A stretch of 20,000 nucleotides of DNA from Chiloscyllium plagiosum (taxonomy: Eukaryota). Below the pieces are notes generated by a model, which was not told the DNA's origin, did no database searches, and worked only from the letters and a program-made list of their open reading frames with translations. The position numbers and the translations under genes were made by a program. Below, piece by piece: positions 10,853 to 19,680 of the stretch. The DNA is taken from positions 49,854,207 through 49,874,206 of the forward strand of contig NC_057728.1 of the NCBI RefSeq assembly GCF_004010195.1, written 5' to 3'. Each line of letters starts with the position of its first letter. Within the stretch, counting starts at the first letter, position 1.

Positions 10853-11322
10853 GTAGGTTGACTATTTTCTAAAATCGGCATCTCACTGCATGGGGCACTA
10901 GCAACACTGCTCCTCATTTCCCCCCCCACCTTTCCCTCACACAGGTACCATTACAGTCACGGCTAGTTGGTGACCCTGATTAAAACACTGCTAGAATTTC
11001 CAGAACCCAGCGATGATTTCTCACTCTATGCCCTGTCCCATTCCCCATACGTGCTGGAGAAACAGGAGCTTACTGTAAATCCTTTTGAAAGGTCCTGTCC
11101 ATTTCGGGTCCATTTTCAGTATTTTTTTCCATATTTTAATAATCCTCTTTAAATTACACTCAAAAGAGCCAACACAGAAGTGATGAACCGAATGCTGTTT
11201 TGTTTTGGTGAAAGATTCTACAATTTTATCTTTTGTCTTGATCCAGACTTACACCAATGTGTTTCATCATTCACTGCCCTTTTAAGGGTCTTGGCAAGCT
11301 GTACAATTATTAGCCCATTAGG

Positions 11323-12080
11323 TGTACAAGCAGAGGCAGGCCGTTTGGCCCATTGAGTCTGTTCCATCATATAGTGAGATCATAGCTAAACTGATCATCC
11401 TCAACTTAATGTTTCCACCTCTTCCCCATCTCCATTGGTTCCCTCACTAATTAAATACAGGTTGTCCTGCTATAATGCATGTTTCCTTAATGCAAATTCG
11501 CTATAATACAATTGATGAACTGGGGACACTGTTTCTGTAGCATGAACGTTTAAAGCCTGTATTGGTTATAATGCGATTCTGGACCCATTAGTTTAAATGG
11601 TACTGCTATTACACGATTTTCTTACAAAACGGGTTGCATGAGGATGGAATTACTGCATTATAGCAGAACTGACTGTACCTGAATATCTCAGCCATTATTA
11701 TACATAATGATGCAGTATCCACACTCCTCTGTACTAAGGAATTCCACAGATTCCCAACCCTCCGAGACAAGACATTCCTCCTCAAGTCAGTTTTACACGG
11801 GCAATTCCTTACTCTGAAATTATGCCCTGTGGTCCTCGACTCTTCCTATGAAGGCAAATAACCTCTCCATATCTACTCTATCAAGCTCCCTAAGAATCCT
11901 GTATGTTTCAACAAGATCATCTCTCATTTTTTGGCAACTCAAATGGGTACAGGCCAAACTTATTCATGCATTCCTCATAAGACAGTCCGTCCATACCTTG
12001 TGAACCTTCTCTGGACTGCCCCCAATGTCAGTATATCTTTCCTTAGAAGATGGAGCCACAAATGTTCATGGTTGTATAGG
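11323..12080 (-). mobile_element. Old CR1 LINE 3' end interrupted by a MITE
   Basis: + strand gcagaggcaggccgtttggcccattgagtctg (reverse complement of a CR1 tail), gaattccacagattcccaaccctc, and ccttgtgaaccttctctggactgcccccaatg (reverse complement of LxAVQRRFTR). Confidence 0.8.
11458..11675. mobile_element. 218-bp Tc1/mariner (Tigger/pogo-type) MITE
   Basis: TA at 11456-57 and 11676-77. 22-bp TIRs caggttgtcctgctataatgca / tgcattatagcagaactgactg (18/22 match). The CR1 sequence resumes on both sides. Confidence 0.85.
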
Positions 12081-12552
12081 AAGTTCCACCATTATGGTTC
12101 CAGTATAACTCGGAAGGTTAATAATGGCTTCTGGCCTTGCAAGTGACACCATGCCCCAGGAATGAAAAAAGAATAGATCATAATGTTAACATCTGAGTGG
12201 AAAGTAGAACAAGGAGTGGGGAGGATATGTCACAAATTGCACCATGCTAAATATTTAGTACATTCCTCAACCTGGCCAATTCTCAAAGAATTCCCAACGG
12301 CAATCTGTTAGTTCCTGACAGCAGCTCCAACTGGGAAGTCTAGTCTGTTGTCACGTATTACAAGTTAACACAGAATTTTCTGACTCAATAGCTCACACCC
12401 TGAGCTGGGGTAACTCCCAATGACATTGGGACAATGTATTGAAGCATCAATACCAATGTGACATTGACTTTGCCAAGTGTAGACGTGGAATTCTCTTTGA
12501 TGTATGGTATAAATGTTCAATGCTGACTAATACAAATGTGTTTGGGCTTCAG

Positions 12553-12618
12553 TTGGACTGCTGTGGTTACAAATCTAAATCAGGCCAAATAAAAGGATGT
12601 GACTCTTCCAAATATAAG
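12553..12618 (+). CDS. Tetraspanin exon 6 equivalent: CCG motif and variable loop, LDCCGYKSKSGQIKGCDSSKYK
   Basis: cttcag acceptor with a branch-like gctgac/actaat upstream, and gtaagg donor. 66 nt, phase 0/0. Contains the hallmark CCG. Confidence 0.93.
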
Positions 12619-12759
12619 GTAAGGTTTAATCCTTAATGGAGTCTTTACTGAAATTGATGGCTATTTTAATAACCCTGGAAACATATTGTTTGCTAACAGC
12701 TTTAGCTAATGTGTACTGAAGAGTGGACAAAAATTTAAAGGGAAGAACACAACAATACA

Positions 12760-12945
12760 CCAACTTATATTTATATTCCGCCTTTAAGGTAATGGAACCT
12801 TCAGAGGAGCATTATAAAACAAAATATGATACTAAGTCATGGAAGGATGTTAATAGGAAAGATGGTGGCAAGCTTAGTCAAGAAATGGTTTTAAGTAATG
12901 TCTTAAAGAAAGAGATTTGGAGACCTATAGGGAGGGTATCTCAGA
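12760..12945 (-). mobile_element. Probable L2-type LINE 3' end
   Basis: aacttatatttatattccgccttt is the reverse complement of an aaaggcg-tataaat-aagtt L2 tail, followed by ggttttaagtaatgtcttaaag. Confidence 0.5.
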
Positions 12946-12994
12946 GGGCAGTTAAGAGTCAACCACATTACTGTGGGTTTGGAGTTTTTAAAAA

Positions 12995-13312
12995 TTAAAT
13001 TCCTTACAGTATGGAAACAGGCCCTTCAGCCCGACATGTCCACACTGACCCTCTGAAGAGTAATGAACCCAGAACCATTCCTCTTCCCTGACTAATGCGC
13101 CTTTAACTATGGGCAATTTAGCATAGCCAATTCACCTGACCTGTACATCTTTGGGCTGTGAGAGGAAACCAGAGTACCCCACATGGACATAGGGAGAATA
13201 TGCAAACTTCACACAGACAGTCACCCAAGGCAGGGATCGAACCCGAGTCCGGGATCGAACCCGAGTCCCTGGTGCTGTGAGGCAGCACTGCTAACCACTG
13301 AACCACCATGCC
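12995..13312 (-). mobile_element. HE1-type SINE with a tandemly duplicated B box
   Basis: Homologous to 9535-9824. gggatcgaacccgagtcc is repeated perfectly at 13233-13250 and 13251-13268. Confidence 0.92.
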
Positions 13313-14070
13313 TGTAGGCCAGCCCACATAAAGATAGCAATTTCCTTCCCATCTCTGCATGTTTTTCCTAATCAGCATTGTTCCTTAATGAATAGAAATG
13401 TTCAGGTCCTGGTGATTTATCTTTTGTGTCAACCCTTGTTTGATCAGTTTTCACTGCCTTTGCTTTCAAGTCATCATCAGTGTCACGGCCTGGGTTCCAA
13501 CTGTTGCAAAAAGCTGATATCCCAGTCTGTAGTCTGATCGTGTTCCAAGGAGGAAATAGGTCTTTCAATTCCTGAGAACAGTGATGGAGGTGAATGCCTT
13601 TGGAGGAGGGTGGGGGTGGTGGTGGATAATAGTTAGACTGTATCATCACTAATGTCAGATGGTATCAGATCACATGGACTGGGAGCAGAGGAACAAATGT
13701 TCTCATGGAATCCTGCTGGCCCATCTCTGTGTAAATAGTGCCAATAGTTACGAAATGTTCGCTAGTTTAAACACGTGTAGTTTCTAGCCTTCAGCTTTCA
13801 AAAGCATGCTGAATCTGATTGTAATATTTCTACAAGGAGGGGAAGTTAAAAACTGGCCCTAGCTTTATTAAAACAACAATGACCATGTTGGTGGAATCAT
13901 AAAGTTGCCTGATAATCACTCTCAAATGAATTGGAGTTGCAATTGTGAATGTCTTTGAAGATATGGAAGCAGATTTCTGGACATTATTCCAGGCAATTGT
14001 GTGACGTGACCCTGGATAATAAATTACAGCCAAATGTGGAACTGAGATTATTGGGTATTGGGTCAGAAAA

Positions 14071-14262
14071 AGATACTGTGACCTCAAGACATCCCAATGG
14101 ATTTTACAGTCAATACAGTACTGTTAGAATTTAAATCACCGCTGTCAAGTGGGAAACAGATCACCTAATTTATGAGCAGCAGCTCTCATGAACTGCAGTG
14201 AGATAATGAGCACATCAGCAGTTTTTGGTTGTGTTGATGAGGAATAGTTATTGCCCAGGGCA
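14071..14262 (-). mobile_element. AmnSINE1-like/DeuSINE 3' part (decayed)
   Basis: Reverse complement of the Deu domain and tail: ctgggcaataactattcctcatcaacac...tgtaaaatccattgggatgtcttgaggt. Confidence 0.6.
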
Positions 14263-14294
14263 TCAGTGATATCTGCCCTCAGGGTTTGACTGTA

Positions 14295-14570
14295 AAAGGC
14301 TAGGCTGACAAGTTCACTGCAATACTGACCGAGAGCTGCTGGCACCTTTTGGCCAAGACGGTAAATCAAGGCTTCATCTTTCCTCTCAGGTAGATGTATT
14401 CCACTATTATGCAGAAAGATAAGGGGAGTTCTCCCTCAAGTCCTGGCCAATGTTTATCCCTCATCATTTAACACAAAGCCTGGTCACCACATGCTGTTTG
14501 TGGAAACCAGCTGTCACATTTCCTCCAACAGGGACAACGCTTGAGAAATACTTCAGTAATCAAAAACACT
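14295..14570 (+). mobile_element. AmnSINE1-like/DeuSINE body (decayed), opposite orientation to the adjacent copy
   Basis: ggggagttctccc...gtcctggccaatgtttatccctca...ctggtca...tgctgtttgtgg is Deu-domain-like sequence. Confidence 0.65.
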
Positions 14571-14733
14571 GAATAAAAAATTCTGTCATTTCACCATCTC
14601 AGTCTGGGTCACCTGTGGGGATGAAAAGACAATAGTCCTGTATCACCTTATTTCCTTTACAATCCAGGAGACCATACTCTCAGCTCTCTGCATAAAAAAA
14701 GACATTCTTAATATAGGCAGGTTATTAGCCTGC

Positions 14734-14971
14734 ATTAGAGTGGTGCTGGAAAAGCACAGCAGATCAGGCAGCATCCGAGAAGCAGGAGAATCGACGTTTC
14801 GGATAGGGAGCCCTTCATCAGGATTGAGGAAGCCCTCATTGCTGATGAAGGGCTCCCTATCTGAAATGTCGATTCTCCTGCTCCTCGGATGCTGCTTGAC
14901 CTGCTGTGCTTTTCCAGAACCACTCTAATCTTGACTCTGATCTCCAGCATCTGCAGTCCTCACTTTTGCCT
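14734..14971. mobile_element. Palindromic Penelope-like terminal insertion with a 14-bp target-site duplication
   Basis: Arms 14734-14821 and 14842-14929 (82/88 complementary) around a 20-nt spacer. aggt(t/c)attagcctg occurs at 14719-14732 and 14972-14985. Confidence 0.9.
14789..14825 (-). ncRNA. Minimal type I hammerhead-like motif of a Penelope-like element
   Basis: The minus strand reads aatc-CTGATGA-agggctccctatcc-GAAAC-GTC-gatt. Stem I is aatc/gatt, both core boxes are intact, and stem III is the palindromic acgt. Stem II is weakened. Confidence 0.55.
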
Positions 14972-15257
14972 AGGTCATTAGCCTGACCACGGCTGGGTTA
15001 GAGGTTTGACCAGTTGTTGCTGGGGATGGGTTTCTCCACTCTGCTGCTATTGGACTTCAGTGACCTGTTAATGGCTAATGCAGTATTTAAAGACCAGAAT
15101 CCTCATCTCCAGCTTGCTGGGAATGTGTAGTGAGCCTTTCAACTGAGAGCTAGGAATAGTGCTAGTAAAATGAAGCCTTACTCCCAAATGATCTATTAAA
15201 GTGATGAAATTCAGGAACAATACAAGAGCTAACTCTTACTTTGATATTTTGATCTAG

Positions 15258-15341
15258 GACTGCCTAGAGCGTATTGAACATATCATCAACTCCAAGCTGC
15301 ATATTTTTGCAGCAGTTGCCTTTGGTATTGCCCTCATTACG
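15258..15341 (+). CDS. Tetraspanin exon 7 equivalent: helix E and start of TM4, DCLERIEHIINSKLHIFAAVAFGIALIT
   Basis: tctag acceptor and gtaagg donor. 84 nt, as in CD9/TSPAN2. The last EC2 Cys is followed by the I...I..KL and GIA motifs. Confidence 0.93.
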
Positions 15342-15425
15342 GTAAGGGATATCCTGAGATGGTTCAATTCAAGCTTTTGATTCCATTCTCCTGCCAGTTG
15401 CTGATGTCTGTTTGTTATCTTTCAG

Positions 15426-15491
15426 GTTTTCGGGATAATCTTCACGATTCTGTTGTACCGATCCATCAAGCGATCAGCCGATATAATTTAA
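15426..15491 (+). CDS. Tetraspanin last coding exon: TM4 end and cytoplasmic tail, VFGIIFTILLYRSIKRSADII*
   Basis: ctttcag acceptor after an 84-nt intron. 66 nt including TAA (15489-15491). Colinear with CD9 IFGMIFSMILCCAIRRNREMV and TSPAN2 IFGMIFSMVLCCAIRNSRDVI (recalled). Confidence 0.93.
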   Translation, partial: VFGIIFTILLYRSIKRSADII

Positions 15492-16164
15492 CAGTCTGAA
15501 CATTAGACATCAAAATGCCATTCTGAAACAATGCATGTTTGCTTTTTATAAGGCAAATATTATTCTTGGAGCAAAAAAACCCCAGTCATTAATTTCCATT
15601 TATCATTTCCAAAATGTGTTAATTTTTTGTTAAAATGTATCTTCATTGAGCAGAGCTGAATTTGAGGGCATTTTCATTCTGTAATTTTAAGTATCGAGTG
15701 CCAATATTTAGACTAATTAAGTTACAGGCTGTGGGCTAGAGGTTGTTGTAATTTAAGACACAAATGGGTCCATCTTGGGCCAGACCTCCGGCAAACTGGC
15801 TGCTGCAAAGGGACAAACTGAAAGGGACAATCAGTGAAGATCTAACATTTGAGCTCAATTTCCCTCCCATCGCTCAATTGTCCCCTTTTGTCCAATTTTA
15901 CTGAACTGCAGTGAATAGCTCACCTCATCATCCTTCCAGAAATAGGCCCACTCAAATATTTTGCGCCTGCTTTGTTGGTGTGAGTGTGGGCAGTGAATGC
16001 CACCTGATGACCATTTCAAGAAGGGTGTATGACAACAGCTTGCTTTTATTACAACTTCAAAATAAGGTGTTTCACAGCAGTAGCAAAACCAACTACTTCA
16101 ACCTCTGTTACATCATCCACTTCTCACTTTGGACTGATTAAAGTGGGTACCAAGCTCTCATTAT

Positions 16165-16522
16165 CAGAGGGTCACAGAGATGTACAGCATGGAAACAGAC
16201 CCTTCGGTCCGACTCGTCCAGGCCGACCAGATATCCCAACCTAATCCCATTTGCCAACACTTGGCCCATATCCCTCTGAACCCTTCCTACTTATCGACCC
16301 ATCCAGGTGTCTTTTAAGTGCTGTAATTGTACTAACCTCCACCACTTCCTCTGGCAGCTCATTCCATACATGCACCACCCTCTGCATGAAAAGGTTGCCC
16401 CTTAGGTCCTATTTATATCTTTCCCCTCCCACCCTAAACTTAAGCTCTCTCATTCTGGACTCCCCCACCCCAGGAAAAGACCTTGTCTATTTATCCTATC
16501 CATGCCCCTCATGATTTTATAG
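16165..16522 (-). mobile_element. CR1 (HER1-like) LINE 3' end
   Basis: Closely similar to 19683-20000, starting cacagagatgtacagcatggaaacagacccttcggtcc. Confidence 0.92.
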
Positions 16523-16844
16523 TCATTTACTAGACCTCTCCACCATGTCAGCTATCCTCAAAGCAATCCAGTTGGTCCCATTCCCCTATTTAGTCCCTTC
16601 AGTTAATTTTATTTCCTTCAAGTATCCAACCAATTTTTTATCATCACTCCTTCCACAGGCAGTGTGTTCAAAGAGATTAAGTTGCTCTGTAAGAGGTTCG
16701 TCCTTATATTCTGTCCCCATCATTTTGCACAAAACTTTAAAACTGTCCATCTCTCAGTCCTCATATTGTCATGGTGACAGTGTTTGCTCATCTACCTTAG
16801 CTAAATGTGTCTCGCTATTTCTTCCTTGATGATAGATTTAAGCA

Positions 16845-17190
16845 TTTTCCCTTCTTTATTTCCTTAGTTATCCATGGCTGAATGTCACTTTTCCTCCAGT
16901 CCTTCCCTTTTACTCATATATACTTTTGCTGAGCACGGTGAAAAATTGCTTTGAAGGTCCTCCACTGTTCCTCAATTGTCCCATCATATAACGTTTGCTT
17001 CCAGTTTACCTTAGCCAATTCCTCCCTCATCCCATTGTAGTCTCCTCTGTTTACGCACAAGACACAGCTATTGGATTTGACCTTCTCACTCTCCATCTGT
17101 ATTTTAAATCGCTCCTTCTGAGAGGATTCCTCACCGTGAGATCATTAATTATTCCTGTCTCATTACACAGGATCAGATCTAGGATAGCTT
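16845..17190 (-). mobile_element. Internal CR1 ORF2 fragment (endonuclease-RT linker)
   Basis: Minus ORF RGDYNGMREELAKVNWKQTL...IEEQWRTFKAIFHRAQQKYI. An AILDLILCN-like endonuclease motif lies near 17165-17190. Confidence 0.85.
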
Positions 17191-17235
17191 GAGTCATATT
17201 GGTCGCAATAAGTTAATTCTGTTCCTCTTTCGACA

Positions 17236-17282
17236 GGTGCTGCCAGACCTGCTGAAGTTTCTCCAGCATTCTCTCTTTTGAT
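17236..17282 (+). mobile_element. Short Penelope-like terminal remnant
   Basis: gtgctgccagacctgctgaagtttctccagcatt, the same motif as at about 7305-7335. Confidence 0.55.
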
Positions 17283-17488
17283 TCTATTCACTACTTGCCT
17301 GTCATCCAGTTGCAGACATCCTCACATGCCTCTCCTCCCGGTTTTGTATCAAATCATGGCCGTGGTGAGCAGATATTCCCGGACCTACATCTGGGAGCTG
17401 TAGGTTTGGTGGAAGGCTTCACCTCTCAATGAGACCAGACTGATTCTCCAATACTTGCTATGAACTTACATTCAGAAAGTGCTGGCCC

Positions 17489-17778
17489 AATAAAACCAAT
17501 TCCAATAGTTCAAATGTTCTCATTACCGAACATAGTTTTCAGGTTTTATTAATGACGTTCTGTAATTCCATGCCTTCTTGTCAGGAAAATTGCCTGCAAT
17601 TATAAAATAGAGCGTGTTTAACATGATTAACAGCTTTAACTCACCTCTGGATTAAGGTTGAGTATAATACTGCCTTACGTCACTGGTGAGATAGTGCAGC
17701 CTTGTTTGCTACTACTTTGCGCACATTTTAGATTAGCACTTTCAACAACATTAAACAACTGTAAATGCGAACAATAAA
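17489..17778 (+). promoter_or_regulatory. Candidate polyadenylation signals of the tetraspanin 3' UTR (AATAAA at 17489 and 17773)
   Basis: These are the first canonical AATAAA hexamers I found after the stop. The one at 17773 is followed by GT/T-rich cctttgtgtttt. An ATTAAA also occurs at 16137. The site actually used cannot be determined from sequence. Confidence 0.35.
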
Positions 17779-18099
17779 ATCAATAATGATATTCCTTTGT
17801 GTTTTATCAATTACAGGGTATTTAAAGCACTCCCAGCTGGTCTGAGTTGGAGTTTTATTCCCCACGTGAACCTATTTTAATCTCCTCTTCATCTCAGCCT
17901 CTCACTATATCCTTTTATTCCTTTCTCCCCCATGTGTTGTCCTAACTTTCCCTTAAAGGGATCAATGCTATTTACCTTGACTTCTTCCTATGTTAGTGAG
18001 TTCTGCATTCTCAACACACCGTGGATGTAAACAAGACTTACCTTAAGAATAAACTCAGCTTGTTGGCAAAGAGCCTCTGACTGCAGAGGTTACAATTTT

Positions 18100-18205
18100 T
18101 CATGCAGTATAACAGCAGCTACACTTCCAAAAGTGCTTCATTGGCTATTCAGCACTTTCAGGTGGCTTGAAATAGCGAAAGGCGCTACAGAAATGCAAGG
18201 TTTTA
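18100..18205 (+). mobile_element. DeuSINE/L2-type 3' tail remnant
   Basis: acacttccaaaagtgcttcattggct...gaaaggcgctacagaaatgcaagg. Confidence 0.6.
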
Positions 18206-18454
18206 TTCTGACTGATCACTGGAACCAACAGGAAGCTAGGGCCTGTGACATTGGGTACATCAGGAGCCAATAACTGGGACACAGGGCTATAGAGGGCTGA
18301 CCATGTAAAGGTTGGGGCTAGGGTGAGTGTGCTCAAGGCAGGAACAGGCAGAGGAGATGGGGACATCGATTAGAGGCAATACCAATGACTGAAATCCCTA
18401 CCTTGTTATCACTCTCCCGGTCAGGGCAGAGGGAGAATGATGAGGGAGGTCTAG

Positions 18455-18615
18455 TTAAAACTGTACAAGACACTAGTCAGACAGCGGATGGAATACTTTG
18501 AACCATTTTGAGGCCCTTCTCTAAGGAAAGATATACCAGCATTGGAGGCAGTCCAGAAAAGGTTCACTAGGGTGATCCCGGGTATGCGGGGATTATCTTA
18601 TGAAGAGAGATTGTA
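18455..18615 (+). mobile_element. CR1 ORF2 C-terminal fragment
   Basis: LYKTLVR... and ALEAVQKRFTRVIPGMRGLSYEERL remnants, with a stop and frameshift between them. Confidence 0.82.
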
Positions 18616-18619
18616 TAAA

Positions 18620-18828
18620 AGGGTAAAGTCACCATTGTCCTACTCTCTCATCAGAGAGAGAGAAAGACAGCTGGTAGTAGATTAACCTGAGGGTCACCAT
18701 GCCTCAGGTAGCAGAGAGGTTGAGAAGGAGCTCTTCAAGGTGACCATAGCCAGTGCAGGAACTGGGCCCATACTGTTGGCATCACTCTACGTTGCAAACC
18801 AACTGCCCAGCTAACTGAGCTAACCGAC
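18620..18828 (-). mobile_element. tRNA-derived SINE (different family from HE1)
   Basis: The minus strand begins gtcggttagctcagttagctgg (A box), with a degenerate B box near 18755-18770. Confidence 0.55.
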
Positions 18829-18829
18829 A

Positions 18830-19000
18830 TATGGGATGTGGGCATTGCTTGCAAGGTCAGTATTTTGGGTTGCCTGTTCCAAACTGTCCCCGAGCTGAGC
18901 AGCTTCTCATCTTTTCAGAGGGCAGTTAAAAGTCAAACGCACTGTTGCTGGTCTCGCATTAGCTGTAGGTCAGACCAGGTAAGGAGGGCAGTTTCAGTGC
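18830..19000 (-). mobile_element. SacSINE1-type SINE 3' part (decayed)
   Basis: ttcagagggcagttaaaagtcaa...gtaggtcagaccaggtaaggagggcagttt. Similar text occurs at 12941-12985 and 8110-8180. Confidence 0.6.
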
Positions 19001-19680
19001 TATAAGAACGTATGGGAATGGTACACTGTTTGAAACAGTGGAGAGACCCGGGAAAGAAGCAGGCACACTAAATACATGGTAAACACATGGCAAATGTGGA
19101 GTATTCATTTGGTGAAGATTGAGGTTAGGATTGGGCCATTAAGCATTTAATAGCAATGTTTACAGATCTAATCTGGCAGAGAGCGCATCCTGTTTTTTTC
19201 TGGTTTTCACAATTGACACAACAAGTGAATTTAATCAGCTTCACAGCAAACTGAGTTGTGCTGAGATTAAATATTGATGGATTTATAGAAAGCGAGCAAA
19301 CTAACAATAACAGGATATCGCATCGTTTCCTATTGATGGAAAGTCCTTGCACGCACGCTCATAGTCACAGCAGCTGAAAAATGAAAACAATTTGAGTTCT
19401 TTGATTGAGACTCTCAGGCCAAGGGCACATCAGAACTTTGTGTGGTCGCGCTATGTTAAGAGATTTGGGATAGGGGATGAGAAACAAATAGGTGAATCAC
19501 AAATAATTAATGAGATGGAGGTAATGGTGAATCAGACAATGCGTTCTTCCAGTCTGGAACTGGAGTCAGAGCCACTGAGAATATTGAGAGATTGTTTGTG
19601 CAAGTAAAAATGTTTGTGCTTTAAGGGACAATCTTTTGAGAAACACAGCCTTAGGATGTCTCAAAGGGCTTCACAGCCAA

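Noticed and set aside
14735..14950. Mirror-image ORFs on both strands (VVLEKHSRS...)
   Set aside because: They are a by-product of the DNA palindrome, not a protein pair.
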